A DNA stretch of 64,000 nucleotides, taken from Alphaproteobacteria bacterium. Its GTDB lineage: Bacteria; Pseudomonadota; Alphaproteobacteria; UBA828. Location: positions 96,001-160,000 of the forward strand of contig CAXXVO010000008.1 of NCBI GenBank assembly GCA_963422645.2. Direction: 5' to 3'. The position numbers were made by a program, and so were the translations under genes. Shown piece after piece: positions 19,539 through 30,127 of the stretch. The stretch's first letter is position 1. Every line of letters starts with the position of its first letter. The notes under the pieces are model-generated. The model searched no databases and was not told the origin of the DNA. It saw only the letters and a program-made list of their open reading frames with translations.

Positions 19539-20417
19539 CTACGAGGAGGGCGTCGCCTCACTCATGAAGGTCAACAGATCCTGTCTCAACTCCGGCCGTT
19601 CCAGGGCGCCGGCAATCGTCGCCTGCAGGTAACCGGCCGGGCTGCCGCAATCGAAGCGCCGACCGGTGAAGCGCACGCCGTGGAAGGGCTCCTCGCGCAC
19701 CATCGCAGCCATGGCGTCGGTCAGCTGAATCTCGCCGCCCGCGCCCGGCGGCTGCGCGGCAAGCCGCGCGAAGATGCCCGGTTGCAGGATGTAGCGGCCG
19801 ATGAGCGCGAGACGTGACGGTGCGTGCTCAGGATCGGGCTTCTCCGCCATGCCCGATATGGTGACGGTCTGCCCCTCCTCGGCCGCGACCTCGACGATTC
19901 CGTAACGTCCGGTCTCGGCCTGCGGCACCTCGGCAAGCGCCACGACGCTTCCTCCCGACTTGCCGTAGACCGCGACGAGTTCCGCGAGACAGGGCGGGGC
20001 GCCGAGGAGAAGCTCGTCCGGAAGCAGCACCGCAAAGGGCTCGTCACGCACCAGATCGCGCGCGCAGAGGACGGCATGGCCGAGCCCGAGCGGTTCCTCC
20101 TGACGCACGAACCTGGCGGCGCCAGGCTCAAGCACGGCACTCGCGGCGGCCGCCAAGGCAGCATTGTCACCCCGCGCCTCAAGATGGGCATCGAGCGCCG
20201 CGTCACGCTCGAAATGGTCCTTGATCGCCGCCTCGCCCCGGCCGGTGACGAAGATGAATTCTTCGATCCCCGCGGCCCGCGCCTCTTCGACCGCGTACTG
20301 AATCAAGGGCTTGTCGACCACCGGCAACAACACCTTGGGCACTGCCTTGCTTGCGGGCAGGAATCGCGTGCCCATGCCGGCGACGGGGAGCACGGCCTTC
20401 CTCACCGATATGGGCAT
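19539..20417 (-). CDS. galU: UTP-glucose-1-phosphate uridylyltransferase
   Basis: KAVLPVAGMGTRFLPASK, PLGLGHAV, EKP, GEIQLTDA, FDCGS. Confidence 0.95.
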   Translation of the reverse strand: MPISVRKAVLPVAGMGTRFLPASKAVPKVLLPVVDKPLIQYAVEEARAAGIEEFIFVTGRGEAAIKDHFERDAALDAHLEARGDNAALAAAASAVLEPGAARFVRQEEPLGLGHAVLCARDLVRDEPFAVLLPDELLLGAPPCLAELVAVYGKSGGSVVALAEVPQAETGRYGIVEVAAEEGQTVTISGMAEKPDPEHAPSRLALIGRYILQPGIFARLAAQPPGAGGEIQLTDAMAAMVREEPFHGVRFTGRRFDCGSPAGYLQATIAGALERPELRQDLLTFMSEATPSS

Positions 20418-20509
20418 TTCTAGGACCTCGCCGCGCCGACGGAGAGCTGTGGAGGCGGCGGTGTGCCACGGCGCCTGCAGCGCGGCAAGCGAGCCCGGCG
20501 CCGCATGGC

Positions 20510-21256
20510 TCAACCGCCGAGCAGCAGCTCCTTCGCCTGGTTGATCTTGGCCGCGAGATAGTTGGAGCCGCCGTGATCGGGGTGGATCTTGCGCATGAGC
20601 GTGCGGTGCGCTTCCTTGATCTCCTCCGCGCCGGCACCGGGCTGGAGGCCGAGGATCTCGTAGGCCTCCTCGCGAGTCATCGGCGTGCGGCCGGCGCTGG
20701 CCCTCTTGCGGCCCCAGCCCTGGCCCGTGCTGGCGCCAGCGCTGCGTTCGCGCTCGGCCTCTGCCTCGGCGCGCTCGCGCCAGTCGGGGCCGAGGGTGCG
20801 GTCCATGTAGGCCTCCAGCAGCCGCCGGCCCTCTTCGTCCCGCAGGCTGCATTCGTCGAAGAGGTCCAGAAGCTCGTGTTCCCCGAGCTCGTCGAGCCGA
20901 CGCCCGGTATGGCGCCCCTGCAGCACCGTGCCCTCCATCTCGCCGCTGTCGTGGTCCAGGGTCATGCGCAGATAGGGGGTCTCGACATCCGAGCGTTGGC
21001 CGGCCGTGGGATTCGGGTTCATCCGGCCTGCAGCCATGCGGCCCAAGAACCAGGGCAGCCCGGTAAGCGCGAGCGGCAGGAAGGCGAGATGCGCCTTGCC
21101 TGTCACGCCGAGGAAGATCGTGGCGGCGGCGCCTGCGGCGATGAAGCCCCACTTGACCCATTTCGCGAGTTTCGAGGGATTGGCCGTGGCGAACCAGCGG
21201 CTGAGAAACACAACCAGCACCAGGAGCGCGAGCCCGAGAAGGACGTAGGCGACCAT
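20510..21256 (-). CDS. Membrane-anchored DnaJ-domain protein
   Basis: N-terminal hydrophobic helices; C-terminal J domain EAYEILGL...[18 protein letters not shown]. Confidence 0.9.
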   Translation of the reverse strand: MVAYVLLGLALLVLVVFLSRWFATANPSKLAKWVKWGFIAAGAAATIFLGVTGKAHLAFLPLALTGLPWFLGRMAAGRMNPNPTAGQRSDVETPYLRMTLDHDSGEMEGTVLQGRHTGRRLDELGEHELLDLFDECSLRDEEGRRLLEAYMDRTLGPDWRERAEAEAERERSAGASTGQGWGRKRASAGRTPMTREEAYEILGLQPGAGAEEIKEAHRTLMRKIHPDHGGSNYLAAKINQAKELLLGG

Positions 21257-21306
21257 CGTGGGGGCAGTCTAACGGATCGGGCGGCAGGTGCGCGGGTTGG
21301 GCGGGC

Positions 21307-22017
21307 TCATTTTATCTGATGGGCGATCTGTAACACCGCCTCACCGCGCTCACGGCTGTAGTCCCTGAGCGCCCTGCGCCCGCCGGCGGCGTAGACCGCA
21401 ACCGCGCCGAGCAGCTCCTTGAGCTGGCGCGCGCTCGACGCATCGAAGCGCAGATAGGCGCCGTTGGTGAGCCTGGCGATCTGGCGAAAGGCCAAAGATG
21501 CCCCCGGGTCCGGGCCCTCATGGAACATGAAAGCGGGAACCCCGCGCAAGCCCAGCTCGCCGGCGATGGCGCAGAGCTCGTCCACGTTCTCTTCCATGGC
21601 ATCGCCGACGAAGACCAGCGCGTGGACCCGCTGCGCCTGGGTCTCGTCCAAGGCGTGGCGCAGCACCTTGCGAATCTGGGTGTGGCCGCCGAGGCAGTGG
21701 ACGGCAGTCATGACGCGCACCAGAGCACGCGAATCCTGCACCCACTTGCTCGCCCGGCACTCGCCGAAGCCGCGGTAGTAGACAAGCTGTACCGAGAGCC
21801 CGCCGAGGGAGGCCGTGGCGTCGAACATCTCCCCCTGGATCTGGCAGGCGCGATCCCATGTCGGCTCCCGGCTCGCCGTCGCATCCATCGCAAAGATGAG
21901 GCGTCCGGTCTCGCCCTGCTTTAGTGGCGCGGGCGTCGTCGCGACCCGGCGCAGGAAGGCATCCACGCCAGCGCTGTCGCTCTGACCCTTTGTCGGTAGC
22001 TTCCGATCGCGGCTCAT
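21307..22017 (-). CDS. VWA-domain protein
   Basis: LIFAMDATASR (MIDAS DxTxS), GGHTQI, FVGDAMEE. Confidence 0.85.
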   Translation of the reverse strand: MSRDRKLPTKGQSDSAGVDAFLRRVATTPAPLKQGETGRLIFAMDATASREPTWDRACQIQGEMFDATASLGGLSVQLVYYRGFGECRASKWVQDSRALVRVMTAVHCLGGHTQIRKVLRHALDETQAQRVHALVFVGDAMEENVDELCAIAGELGLRGVPAFMFHEGPDPGASLAFRQIARLTNGAYLRFDASSARQLKELLGAVAVYAAGGRRALRDYSRERGEAVLQIAHQIK

Positions 22018-22034
22018 CGCAGGTTCCCCCTCTA

Positions 22035-22982
22035 CTATATGGGGGTGATCGGGAGCCGCGCCAGACGCTCGGTCAACATGGCGAAGATGCCGTCCGCATC
22101 GACCCGCTGCAGCACGTGGGCGTTGGCGGCGGCGGCGGTGCGGCCGTGGAGATCGCACACCGTCCGCCCGAAGCAGTTGCCGTCGTTGAGCTCCACATCG
22201 ACACGCATGTCGCGGCCCTCGAAGAGATCCGGCGCCAGAAGATACGCGATCACGCAGGGATCGTGCATGGGCGCGCCGTGGTGATAGGCCTCGATGTTCT
22301 TCTCACCATACAGGTCGAGCATTCCGCAGACCGCTGCCGCCGGCGCGGTGCCGAGCGCGCGGATCGCCTCCAGCCGGGGCGGCGTCGCAATCGCCTGATG
22401 GGTGACGTCGAGACCGATCATGGTGAGCGGCACCCCCGCCTCGAACACCACGTGCGCGGCGTGGGGGTCGGCGTGGACGTTGAATTCGGCAGCCGGTGTG
22501 ACGTTGCCGAGTCCGATGGCACCTCCCATGGTCACGATCTCGCGGACGTTGGCGAGAAGCGCCGGATTCTTGACGATGGCGAGCGCGACATTGGTGAGGG
22601 GGCCGAGCGTCGCCAGCGTGACGGGTTCCTGCGCCGCCGTCAGCGTATCGACAAGAAAGTCCACCGCGTGGGCTGCTTCAGCCGGGCGGCTCGGCTCCGG
22701 CAGATCGGCGCCGTCAATCCCGGTCGGCCCGTGGATGTACTCGGCGGTCTCCGGCTCACGCACCATGGGCCGGGAGCAGCCGGCGTAGACCGGCACCTCG
22801 GGCCGGCCGGCGAGATCCCTGATCCGGCGCGCATTGCTCTCGGTCCGGGCGAGCGGCACGTTGCCCGCGACGGCGGTGATGCCGAGCAGTTCGAACTCCT
22901 CGGCGGAGGCGAAGGCCAGCAGCAGGGCGACGGCATCGTCCTGGCCGGGGTCGCAGTCGATGATTAGCGGTCGCGCGCTCAT
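22035..22982 (-). CDS. Nucleoside hydrolase (IU-NH family)
   Basis: IIDCDPGQDDA, LGPLTN, AEFN..ADP, HDP. Confidence 0.95.
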   Translation of the reverse strand: MSARPLIIDCDPGQDDAVALLLAFASAEEFELLGITAVAGNVPLARTESNARRIRDLAGRPEVPVYAGCSRPMVREPETAEYIHGPTGIDGADLPEPSRPAEAAHAVDFLVDTLTAAQEPVTLATLGPLTNVALAIVKNPALLANVREIVTMGGAIGLGNVTPAAEFNVHADPHAAHVVFEAGVPLTMIGLDVTHQAIATPPRLEAIRALGTAPAAAVCGMLDLYGEKNIEAYHHGAPMHDPCVIAYLLAPDLFEGRDMRVDVELNDGNCFGRTVCDLHGRTAAAANAHVLQRVDADGIFAMLTERLARLPITPI

Positions 22983-23459
22983 TGCAGGGCCGAATCATAC
23001 CTAGCAGCGCGCGCGCCGGATAGTGCCCGAGATTGGGAGTGTGCGCCGGGCTCCGCGTGGCCGCGCGGTGCATCGTGTCGCGGGCATGGGCACGCGATGT
23101 CCATGCTCAAGTCACGGACATTGAGACGGCAGTTCAGGCGTGTCTAGTCCGGAGGGACGTCCCGCAGGCGAACGAAGCTATTGCCGTTGCCGGCAAGCCC
23201 GCAATCACCATCGCTCGCGCGATCCGACACATCATCGTCGACGCGCTGCGGGTCGACCGCATCGGCTGGAAAGGGAGTGAAGCGATGGCCCTGGGTGAGC
23301 CGACTGGTGTAGTCAACGCCCTTCCACCAGGCGGCCGCCGCTTCGCGCACGGCGTTCCAATCCAGTTCGAAGCCCAGTCCCGGCCCGTCGGGGACGGGCA
23401 GCCTGCCGTCATGCAACGTCAGGTCGGGCTGCCTGACGATGTCCCAGGCGAGAAAATTG

Positions 23460-25339
23460 GTAACTGCCCAGGTCGTCTGATTTGTCATTTTGGGCCAGTG
23501 GATTGAGGCGTTTCTCGTTCGGAGTTGGTGGAAAGGGCTTGACGGGAATTTCGGGAAATGACTCAACAACGACATGAGCAATCCCGAGTCGCCGCGCGGC
23601 CCTTCGACGGGAGCAGCGCCCGAAACGCCCGCGCAGAAGATCGCCCGCCTGGAGGAGGAGAACGCCCGGCTTCGGGAGGAAAATGCCTGGCTTCGGCAGC
23701 AGAACGCGCGGCTGGAAGAGCAAGTCGCGCGTCTCGTCGAGCGCATCGAGGAGTTGGAGCGCCGTCTCGGCCTCAACAGCGGCAAGCCGCCTTCGAGCGA
23801 TGGGCTGAGGAAGCCGAATTCGAAGCGGCGAACCCGAAGCCTGCGCGGCAAATCGGGCCGCAAGCCCGGTGGCCAGCCCGGCCACAAGGGCAAGACGCTG
23901 CGCCGCGCCGATCACCCGGATCGGGTGAAGGATCACGTCCCGGCTTCCTGCAAGGGATGCGGTTCGCCGCTTTCGGACGCGGCCAGGGCGGGAACGCCCG
24001 TCGCCCGCCAGGTGTTCGATCTGCCCGAGCCGAGCCCCCTGGAGGTGACCGAGCACCGGGCGCATGCCAAGTGCTGCGGGCATTGCGGGACGGTGACCCG
24101 GGCGGCGTTCCCCGACGGGGTGTCGGCGCCGGTGCAGTACGGCCCGCGCATTGCCGGGGTGGCGGTCTACCTTCAGCACGCTCACTTCCTGCCGGAGGAT
24201 CGGCTGTCGCAGGTGATGGCCGAGCTCTTCGGCGCGCCGGTGACGGCTGCGACGTTGGCGACGATGAGCGAGAGGGCGGCCGAGCGGCTTGCGGGACGCG
24301 GCCTTGCACATACAGGACCTGGCGGCGGGCACGGCGCGGGTGAAACACATGGACGAGACCGGCTTGCGGATCGGCGGTCAGACGCAGTGGCTTCATGTGA
24401 TCTGCACGCCGCTGCTGGCGGCGTACCGGGTCAGCGGCAAGCGCGGCGCCCTGCTCTCGGGTGTCTCCGGCATCGTCGTGCACGATCACTGGAAGCCGTA
24501 CTTCGCGATGGAAGGGGTGGAGCACGGCCTGTGCAACGCCCATCACCTGCGGGAGTTGCAGGCGCTGGTGGACATCGAAGGGGAGGCTTGGGCCCGGCGG
24601 ATGCAGCAGCTCCTGCGCCGAGCCAATCGCGCCGCCCGCATCGCGCTGGACAAGGATATCGCCGTTCCGGCGAGGCTTGTGGCGCTGATCGAGCGCCGAT
24701 ACGACGAGATCATCGCCGATGCGCTGGCCTTTCACGAGAGCCAACCACCGTTCTCGCCTGGCAAGAGGAAGAAGCGCCGGAAGCGAAGGATCGGTCACAA
24801 TCTGGCCTTGAGGCTGCGCGACCACAAATGCGCGGTGCTCCGGTTCCTGATCGACCTCGAGGTCGGGTTCACGAACAACGAGGCCGAGCGCGACCTTCGG
24901 ATGATGAAGCTGCGCCAGAAGATCTCCGGGGGCTTCCGGTCCGCGCAGGGGGCCGAGAACTTCGCCATCCTGCGCAGCGTCATCACCACCGCCAGAAAGC
25001 AGGGCTGGAATATCATCGAAGCCCTGACCAGCCCATCGGATCGGCTCATCGCCACCGTCAAGTGCGCGTAAGCTCACCTGGCACGGGTTCTCCAACAGCG
25101 GAGCCATTCTCATAAACGATCATGGTCGACGCCGTGCTGGACCACCCCATAGAATGAAAATCGGTGCCCGTCGCGCGGGCGGACTTCGGGCCACATCGGG
25201 GTAGCTTACCGGTCGCAGTCCGCAAGAGGGGCATCGTGAGCTGTGAAACCCGGCGACCCCAGAGGAGCACACGGGCGTCGCGTGGGTAGCGTTGTGCCGA
25301 ATCCCAGAGAATTTTCACAGCAAGAACCTGGGCAGTTAC
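23460..25339 (+). mobile_element. IS66-family element, type A copy 2
   Basis: Same IRs; 8-bp TSD GAAAATTG (23452-23459 and 25340-25347); 9 bp shorter than copy 1 (one CAACAGCGG unit lost). Confidence 0.96.
23574..25071 (+). pseudogene. IS66-family transposase, frameshifted (+1 T at 24289/24290) with in-frame NSG deletion
   Basis: Same extra T as copy 1; NSGKPPS instead of NSGNSGKPPS. Confidence 0.9.
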
Positions 25340-26373
25340 GAAAATTGTTCATGTACTGGTTGCCATCGTCCAGATTGGGGGTCACCGCTGCCGCGTGGGA
25401 CGCCGCCGCCGTGGTAATTCCCGTCTCGTGTAGTCCGTGGATGCAAACATCGATATTGGCCGCCTCTGCGATGTGCGCCACCTTGCAGAAGCGCAGCAGG
25501 CCCCCGGTCTCGTGCAGGCCGACGACAATCAGGTCGGCCGCGTGCAGGCGGCAGACGTCGAAGGCGTCGCCCAGCGCAATGACACCCTGGTCCGCCGCAA
25601 TCGCAACCGGGCTTCCGGCCCGGACCCGCGCCAGCGCCTCGACGCTCTCCGAATCGATCGGTTGCTCCACGACCTCGATGTCAAACAGGGAAAGCCTTCG
25701 CATCATGCGGGTGGCCCGAACGGGGTGCCAGCGCCCGCTCGGGTCGAGACGCAAGCGTTTGTCGGGTCCGATGGCGGCCCGGACCCGGGCCACGACCTCG
25801 GCGTCCAGATCGTCGCCCCGCCCCACCTCGACGAAGATTACTTCGTGACCCGAGGCCGCGAGCCGTGCGGCCTCGCCTGCGGTTTCCTCGGCGGTTTCGC
25901 CTTGCGGGAAGCCGAAATAGCGCACTTCATCGCGCACCGCGCCCCCTAGCAGAGCATGGACGGGGCGGCGCACCGCCTTGCCCATGGCGTCCCACAGCGC
26001 CATCTCCAGCCCCGCGAGCGCCTTTCCCGCGAATTTGGAAGCTCTGCAAGCCTCTTCGCGCCCGAAGAGCGCGTTGTAGGCCTCGCCAATCAGGCGGGCG
26101 TTCTCGAAAGGACTGCGTCCAATACAAAAATCCGCCGCGAGCGATAGATGGGCACGAACGGCCTCGGCCGATGGCGTCGCGATCGACTCGCCGTATCCGA
26201 CCACGCCCTCGTCGGTATGGACCTCGACCAGAATTACCTCGGCGCCATGGGTGACGCCCTGAGACCAGTGAAAGGGTTGCTTGTAGGGAATCCAGAGCGG
26301 CGTCGTGACAACCTCGCTAATCTTCACGTCCTCATCCTCCGGCGCTCGGCTCCTTCGGTCATCTCGACCCAGT

Positions 26374-28355
26374 CTAGGCCGAACTTCCCCCCGGAAATGG
26401 GCTGATTTTCGGGGCTAAGCCGTTGATCTTACGGGCGTATCGGCCTTCGGCGCAGATGCAAAGTGTACCCATGTAAATGGAGAGAGGTGGTTGATATGAG
26501 GCGGGAGGTGGGCTATGTTCCGTCCCCATGTATATCGAGAGCGTCCCAAACCGGAACTCCCCGCCCGCAATCCTCCTGCGCGAATCATGGCGCGCGGGCG
26601 GAAAAATCAGAAAACGCACCCTGGCCAATCTGTCCAAGTGGCCGCCGCACCTGATCGACGGTCTGCGCATCCTGCTGCGCGGCGGAACCGCAGTGCCCCG
26701 AGGCGAGACGATCCGCGAGCACGACGGCTTCGACATCACCCGCTCGCGTCCCTTCGGCCATGTGGCAGCGGTGCTCGGCGCCCTGCGCGGCCTCGGTCTG
26801 GAACGGCTGATCGGCGCCAGGCGCTCGCGGCTGCGCGATCTCGTGGTGGCCATGATCGTCGCCCGCATCGTGGCGCCGCGCTCGAAGCTCGCCACCGCGC
26901 GCGGGCTCAGCGAGGACACGCTTGGCCACGGCCTCGGCGAGGCGCTCGCCCTGGGCGAGGTCGGCGAAGACGAGCTCTACGAGGCGATGGACTGGCTACT
27001 GCAGCGCCAGCCCAGGATCGAGCGGGGTCTGGCCGAGCGTCATCTCGAGGACGGCGCGCTGGTGCTCTACGACGTCACTTCGACCTGGCTGGAGGGGCGC
27101 TGCTGTCCGCTGGCGCGTCACGGCTACTCCCGCGACGGCAAGCGCGGCAAGCTGCAGATCGTGTTCGGGCTTCTGTGCAACGCGCAGGGCTGCCCGGTGG
27201 CGGTGGAGGTGTTCGAGGGCAACACCGCCGATCCGGCCACACTGGGCACGCAGATCGACAAGCTGCGCCGGCGCTTCCGGCTTTCGCGGGTCGTTCTCGT
27301 GGGCGATCGCGGCATGCTCACCGAGGCGCGCATCCGCGAGGAGGTGAAGCCGGCCGGGCTGGAGTGGATCAGCGCGCTGCGGGCGCCGGCGATCCGCGAG
27401 CTGGCCTCCGGCGGGACGCTGCAGCTCTCGCTCTTCGACGAGCGCGCCCTGGCCGAGATCCATCATCCCGACTTCCCCGGCGAGCGCCTGATCGCCTGCC
27501 GCAACCCGCTGCTCGCCGAAGAGCGCGCGCGCAAGCGCGAGGCCCTGCTCCAGGCCACCGAGAGCGATCTCGACGCGATCCGTGCGGCAACCCGGCGCGA
27601 CAAGCGCCGTCTCGCCGGCAAGGACAAGATCGGGCTGCGCGTGGGCAAGGTCATCGGCAAGCACAAGGTCGGAAAGCACTTCGACCTGGAGATCGCCGAT
27701 GACGGCTTCGCCTGGCGGCGCAACGCAGAGCGGATCGCCGAAGAGGCGGCGCTCGATGGCCTCTACGTCATCCGCACCAGCCTGTCCGAGCGCGAGCTCG
27801 GGGCCGAGGACACGGTGCGCGCCTACAAGGGATTGAGCCGCATCGAGCGCGCCTTCCGAAGCGTCAAGACGGTCGACCTCAAGGTGCGGCCCATCCACCA
27901 CTATCGGCCTGAGCGCGTGCGCGCCCACGTCCTGCTGTGCATGCTCGCCTACCATGTCGAGTGGCACATGCGCCAAAGGCTCGCCCCCATCCTGTTCGAC
28001 GAGGACGACCCGGCGGGCGCGGACGCCGCGCGCGCCTCCATCGTCGCACCGGCAAAGCCCTCGCCTTCGGCCCGGCGCAAGGCCGCCGCCAAGCGCACAC
28101 CAGACGGCGTGCCGGTGCATAGCTTCCGCACCCTCCTCGAAGACCTGGCGACCATCGCCAGGAACAGAGTTCAGCCGAAACTGCCCGGAGCACCGCCCTT
28201 CGACCTGGTCACCAAACCGACGAAGCTGCAGCGCCAGGCGCTCGACCTGCTCGGCGTCAGCCTGTAGCGTACCCAGTACGCGACTCCGCGAAACGGTGCT
28301 TTCCAAAGCAACCGCAATGGCTTAGCTCAATATCCGCTCCGGAAGTTCAGTCTAG
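26374..28355 (+). mobile_element. IS1634-family element
   Basis: Imperfect IRs CTAGGCCGAACTTCC / GGAAGTTCAGTCTAG; internal inverted motif GCTAAGCC(G/A)TTG near both ends; exact boundary ambiguous. Confidence 0.85.
26528..28267 (+). CDS. IS1634-family DDE transposase
   Basis: YDVTSTWLEG, HGYSRDGK, VGDRGM, LDGLYVIRT, IERAFRSVK..DL.VRPIHH; uninterrupted 579 aa. Confidence 0.93.
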   Translation: MYIESVPNRNSPPAILLRESWRAGGKIRKRTLANLSKWPPHLIDGLRILLRGGTAVPRGETIREHDGFDITRSRPFGHVAAVLGALRGLGLERLIGARRSRLRDLVVAMIVARIVAPRSKLATARGLSEDTLGHGLGEALALGEVGEDELYEAMDWLLQRQPRIERGLAERHLEDGALVLYDVTSTWLEGRCCPLARHGYSRDGKRGKLQIVFGLLCNAQGCPVAVEVFEGNTADPATLGTQIDKLRRRFRLSRVVLVGDRGMLTEARIREEVKPAGLEWISALRAPAIRELASGGTLQLSLFDERALAEIHHPDFPGERLIACRNPLLAEERARKREALLQATESDLDAIRAATRRDKRRLAGKDKIGLRVGKVIGKHKVGKHFDLEIADDGFAWRRNAERIAEEAALDGLYVIRTSLSERELGAEDTVRAYKGLSRIERAFRSVKTVDLKVRPIHHYRPERVRAHVLLCMLAYHVEWHMRQRLAPILFDEDDPAGADAARASIVAPAKPSPSARRKAAAKRTPDGVPVHSFRTLLEDLATIARNRVQPKLPGAPPFDLVTKPTKLQRQALDLLGVSL

Positions 28356-28469
28356 GGAGCCAATCGCCCAGTCCTGCCCTCAAAATTGAGGGGGTAGGCG
28401 GACATCGTCGGAATGTTGGCCTATGGAGGTCACGAGGAATTGGTGCAGGACATCGGCCATAGGCGACCG

Positions 28470-29630
28470 TCAGTGGCGCAATTGCCGAGACAGTGGGACG
28501 CCGGCGAGCGTCGACACCAGCCGCACCAGCTCCACCTGCCGGGAGATACCGTGCTTGACGAATATTTTCTGCGTGTGCCACCGGATCGTGCTTTCCCTGC
28601 GTCCCGTTGCAGCTGCGATTTCTCGGGGTGTCCTGCCCTCGGCCAGCATCGCGGCAACCTGGCTTTCCGCAGGCGTAAGATCCAGGGTGGCCATCACGAG
28701 TTCCGGATCGATGCGAGCCTGGATGGCAGGATCCACGATTAGTGCGACCGCAGCGACGTTTCGGGGGCGGAAGTCCATCTCTCCGTCGCCCACGGGGCTC
28801 ACGTGAAGAACGAGTCGCGGCAAGACGGATCGACGCTTCACCAACATCGAAGCGCTCGCACCCTGGCCACCGCCCTGCGGCAGGACTCGTGCCAACAGCC
28901 TCTGCAGATCGTCGGCGGCGGCTGGAGAGCGGGCGTGGAGGAAGCCGCCCCGGTCGAACAACCCATCGCCCTTGCTCAGCAGGTCTCGAGCGGGGTCGTT
29001 GATGGCCACGATTCGTCCGCGTCGGGCCAGTTGGATTACGCCGAATCTGGTGTTGTCGAGCAGCCTGTCGAGGGAGGAGCCCGCGGCCCCCGCATCGGCC
29101 AGCGCCTGGCGGACACGAACGAATTGGCGAATGTGGGGCAATAGACGCCTGATCATGTCGAGCTGATCGGACGACCAGCCGTCAGGGGCGACGGGATCGC
29201 AAATCGACCAGACGATGCGCGAGCCACTCGGCCCATCCAGTCGCACGTCTATTCCGTTCTGACTGCTGCCGAGGGGCAGCGCCTCGTTGTATGCGGCCGA
29301 GGTCTTCCGCTCCCGTTCCGTGTAGAGGTCGGGTACGTGAAAGAGCTTGCTGTCAGGCAGTTTCCTGACGCGCGGTACGCGCTCGTCCCGCGGAAAATAG
29401 TTTTTGAAGTAGTGGCGCTCCAATTCCCTATTGAGTTCCCCGTAAAAGCAAAACCTCTTGTAGTAGATCTCGAAATCGTCCTCAGTACTGCCCTCGGCAA
29501 ACGTCAAGAAATTGCCCTTCGTCCGGCAGAAAGCGTCGATCAGGGCGAAGGTTGGTAACCAGTGGGCATCGTCGAGCATGGCCTCGTGCAGCGATGCCAG
29601 AATGCGATCGAACGCGTCTTGTTTGCTCAT
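28470..29630 (-). CDS. LuxR-type HTH transcriptional regulator with N-terminal sensor and PAS-like region
   Basis: C-terminal LTPAESQVA.MLAEG....EIA......STIRWH..KIF.K.GISRQ.ELV; start at MSKQDAF inferred. Confidence 0.85.
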   Translation of the reverse strand: MSKQDAFDRILASLHEAMLDDAHWLPTFALIDAFCRTKGNFLTFAEGSTEDDFEIYYKRFCFYGELNRELERHYFKNYFPRDERVPRVRKLPDSKLFHVPDLYTERERKTSAAYNEALPLGSSQNGIDVRLDGPSGSRIVWSICDPVAPDGWSSDQLDMIRRLLPHIRQFVRVRQALADAGAAGSSLDRLLDNTRFGVIQLARRGRIVAINDPARDLLSKGDGLFDRGGFLHARSPAAADDLQRLLARVLPQGGGQGASASMLVKRRSVLPRLVLHVSPVGDGEMDFRPRNVAAVALIVDPAIQARIDPELVMATLDLTPAESQVAAMLAEGRTPREIAAATGRRESTIRWHTQKIFVKHGISRQVELVRLVSTLAGVPLSRQLRH

Positions 29631-29977
29631 GATGAGCTTGCGACCCTCGTTGTCCCGGTTGCCCCTTGGGCCCAGATCCTCGCTCAGTGACCTCACGCAA
29701 GGCCCTTTGGCGGGACTCAAGAGTCGGTTCTGGCCAGCCGCGCCGGACCTCCATGACAACGGGGCGGCCAGACAGCCAACATTCGCCGCGAAGACGAGCC
29801 CCACCGGGTGGTCCGCTCCGAATAGTAGTTAAACCACAGGCGTAATGCCATATCTGAGATAAGCAATATGTAGTAACTACCCAGGTACCCCGCCGCCAGT
29901 TCTGAGTGCGTGCTGATGTTGCTTGCCGTCGGTGCCGTTTCGCCGTCGGCGCGTCGTTGATCCCCGCTTGACTGTAT

Positions 29978-30127
29978 AGTCTACGACATCGACGGGGCCT
30001 CGGAATCCGCGCGGCTCGTGTCACCTAAAATCAGCAGAGGTCAGGAAGTCTGAGTCTACGACATCGACGGGGCCTCGGAATCCGCGCGGCTCGTGTCACC
30101 TAAAATCAGCAGAGGTCAGGAAGTCTG
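29978..30127. repeat. Perfect 75-bp tandem duplication in the leader of element B
   Basis: Unit AGTCTACGACATCG...CAGGAAGTCTG at 29978-30052 and 30053-30127. Confidence 0.95.

Larger units (their letters stand above)
23144..26327 (-). pseudogene. Mandelate racemase/muconate lactonizing enzyme family gene split by IS copy 2 (parts 26327-25340 and 23459-23144)
   Basis: N-part GYGES...EMALWD..GK....PVHALLGG, EQP, ADQ ends at YMNNF at the IS; the frame resumes LAWDIV...VPDGPGLGFELD on the other side. Confidence 0.9.

Noticed and set aside
545-25339. Composite transposon bounded by IS copies 1 and 2 carrying the corrinoid operon
   Set aside because: Each copy has its own matching TSD (CTTTTGGG; GAAAATTG), so they are independent insertions, and the enclosed DNA includes core genes.
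29978-30127. Direct repeats as a CRISPR array
   Set aside because: Only two contiguous 75-bp units, no spacers, and no cas genes in the window.
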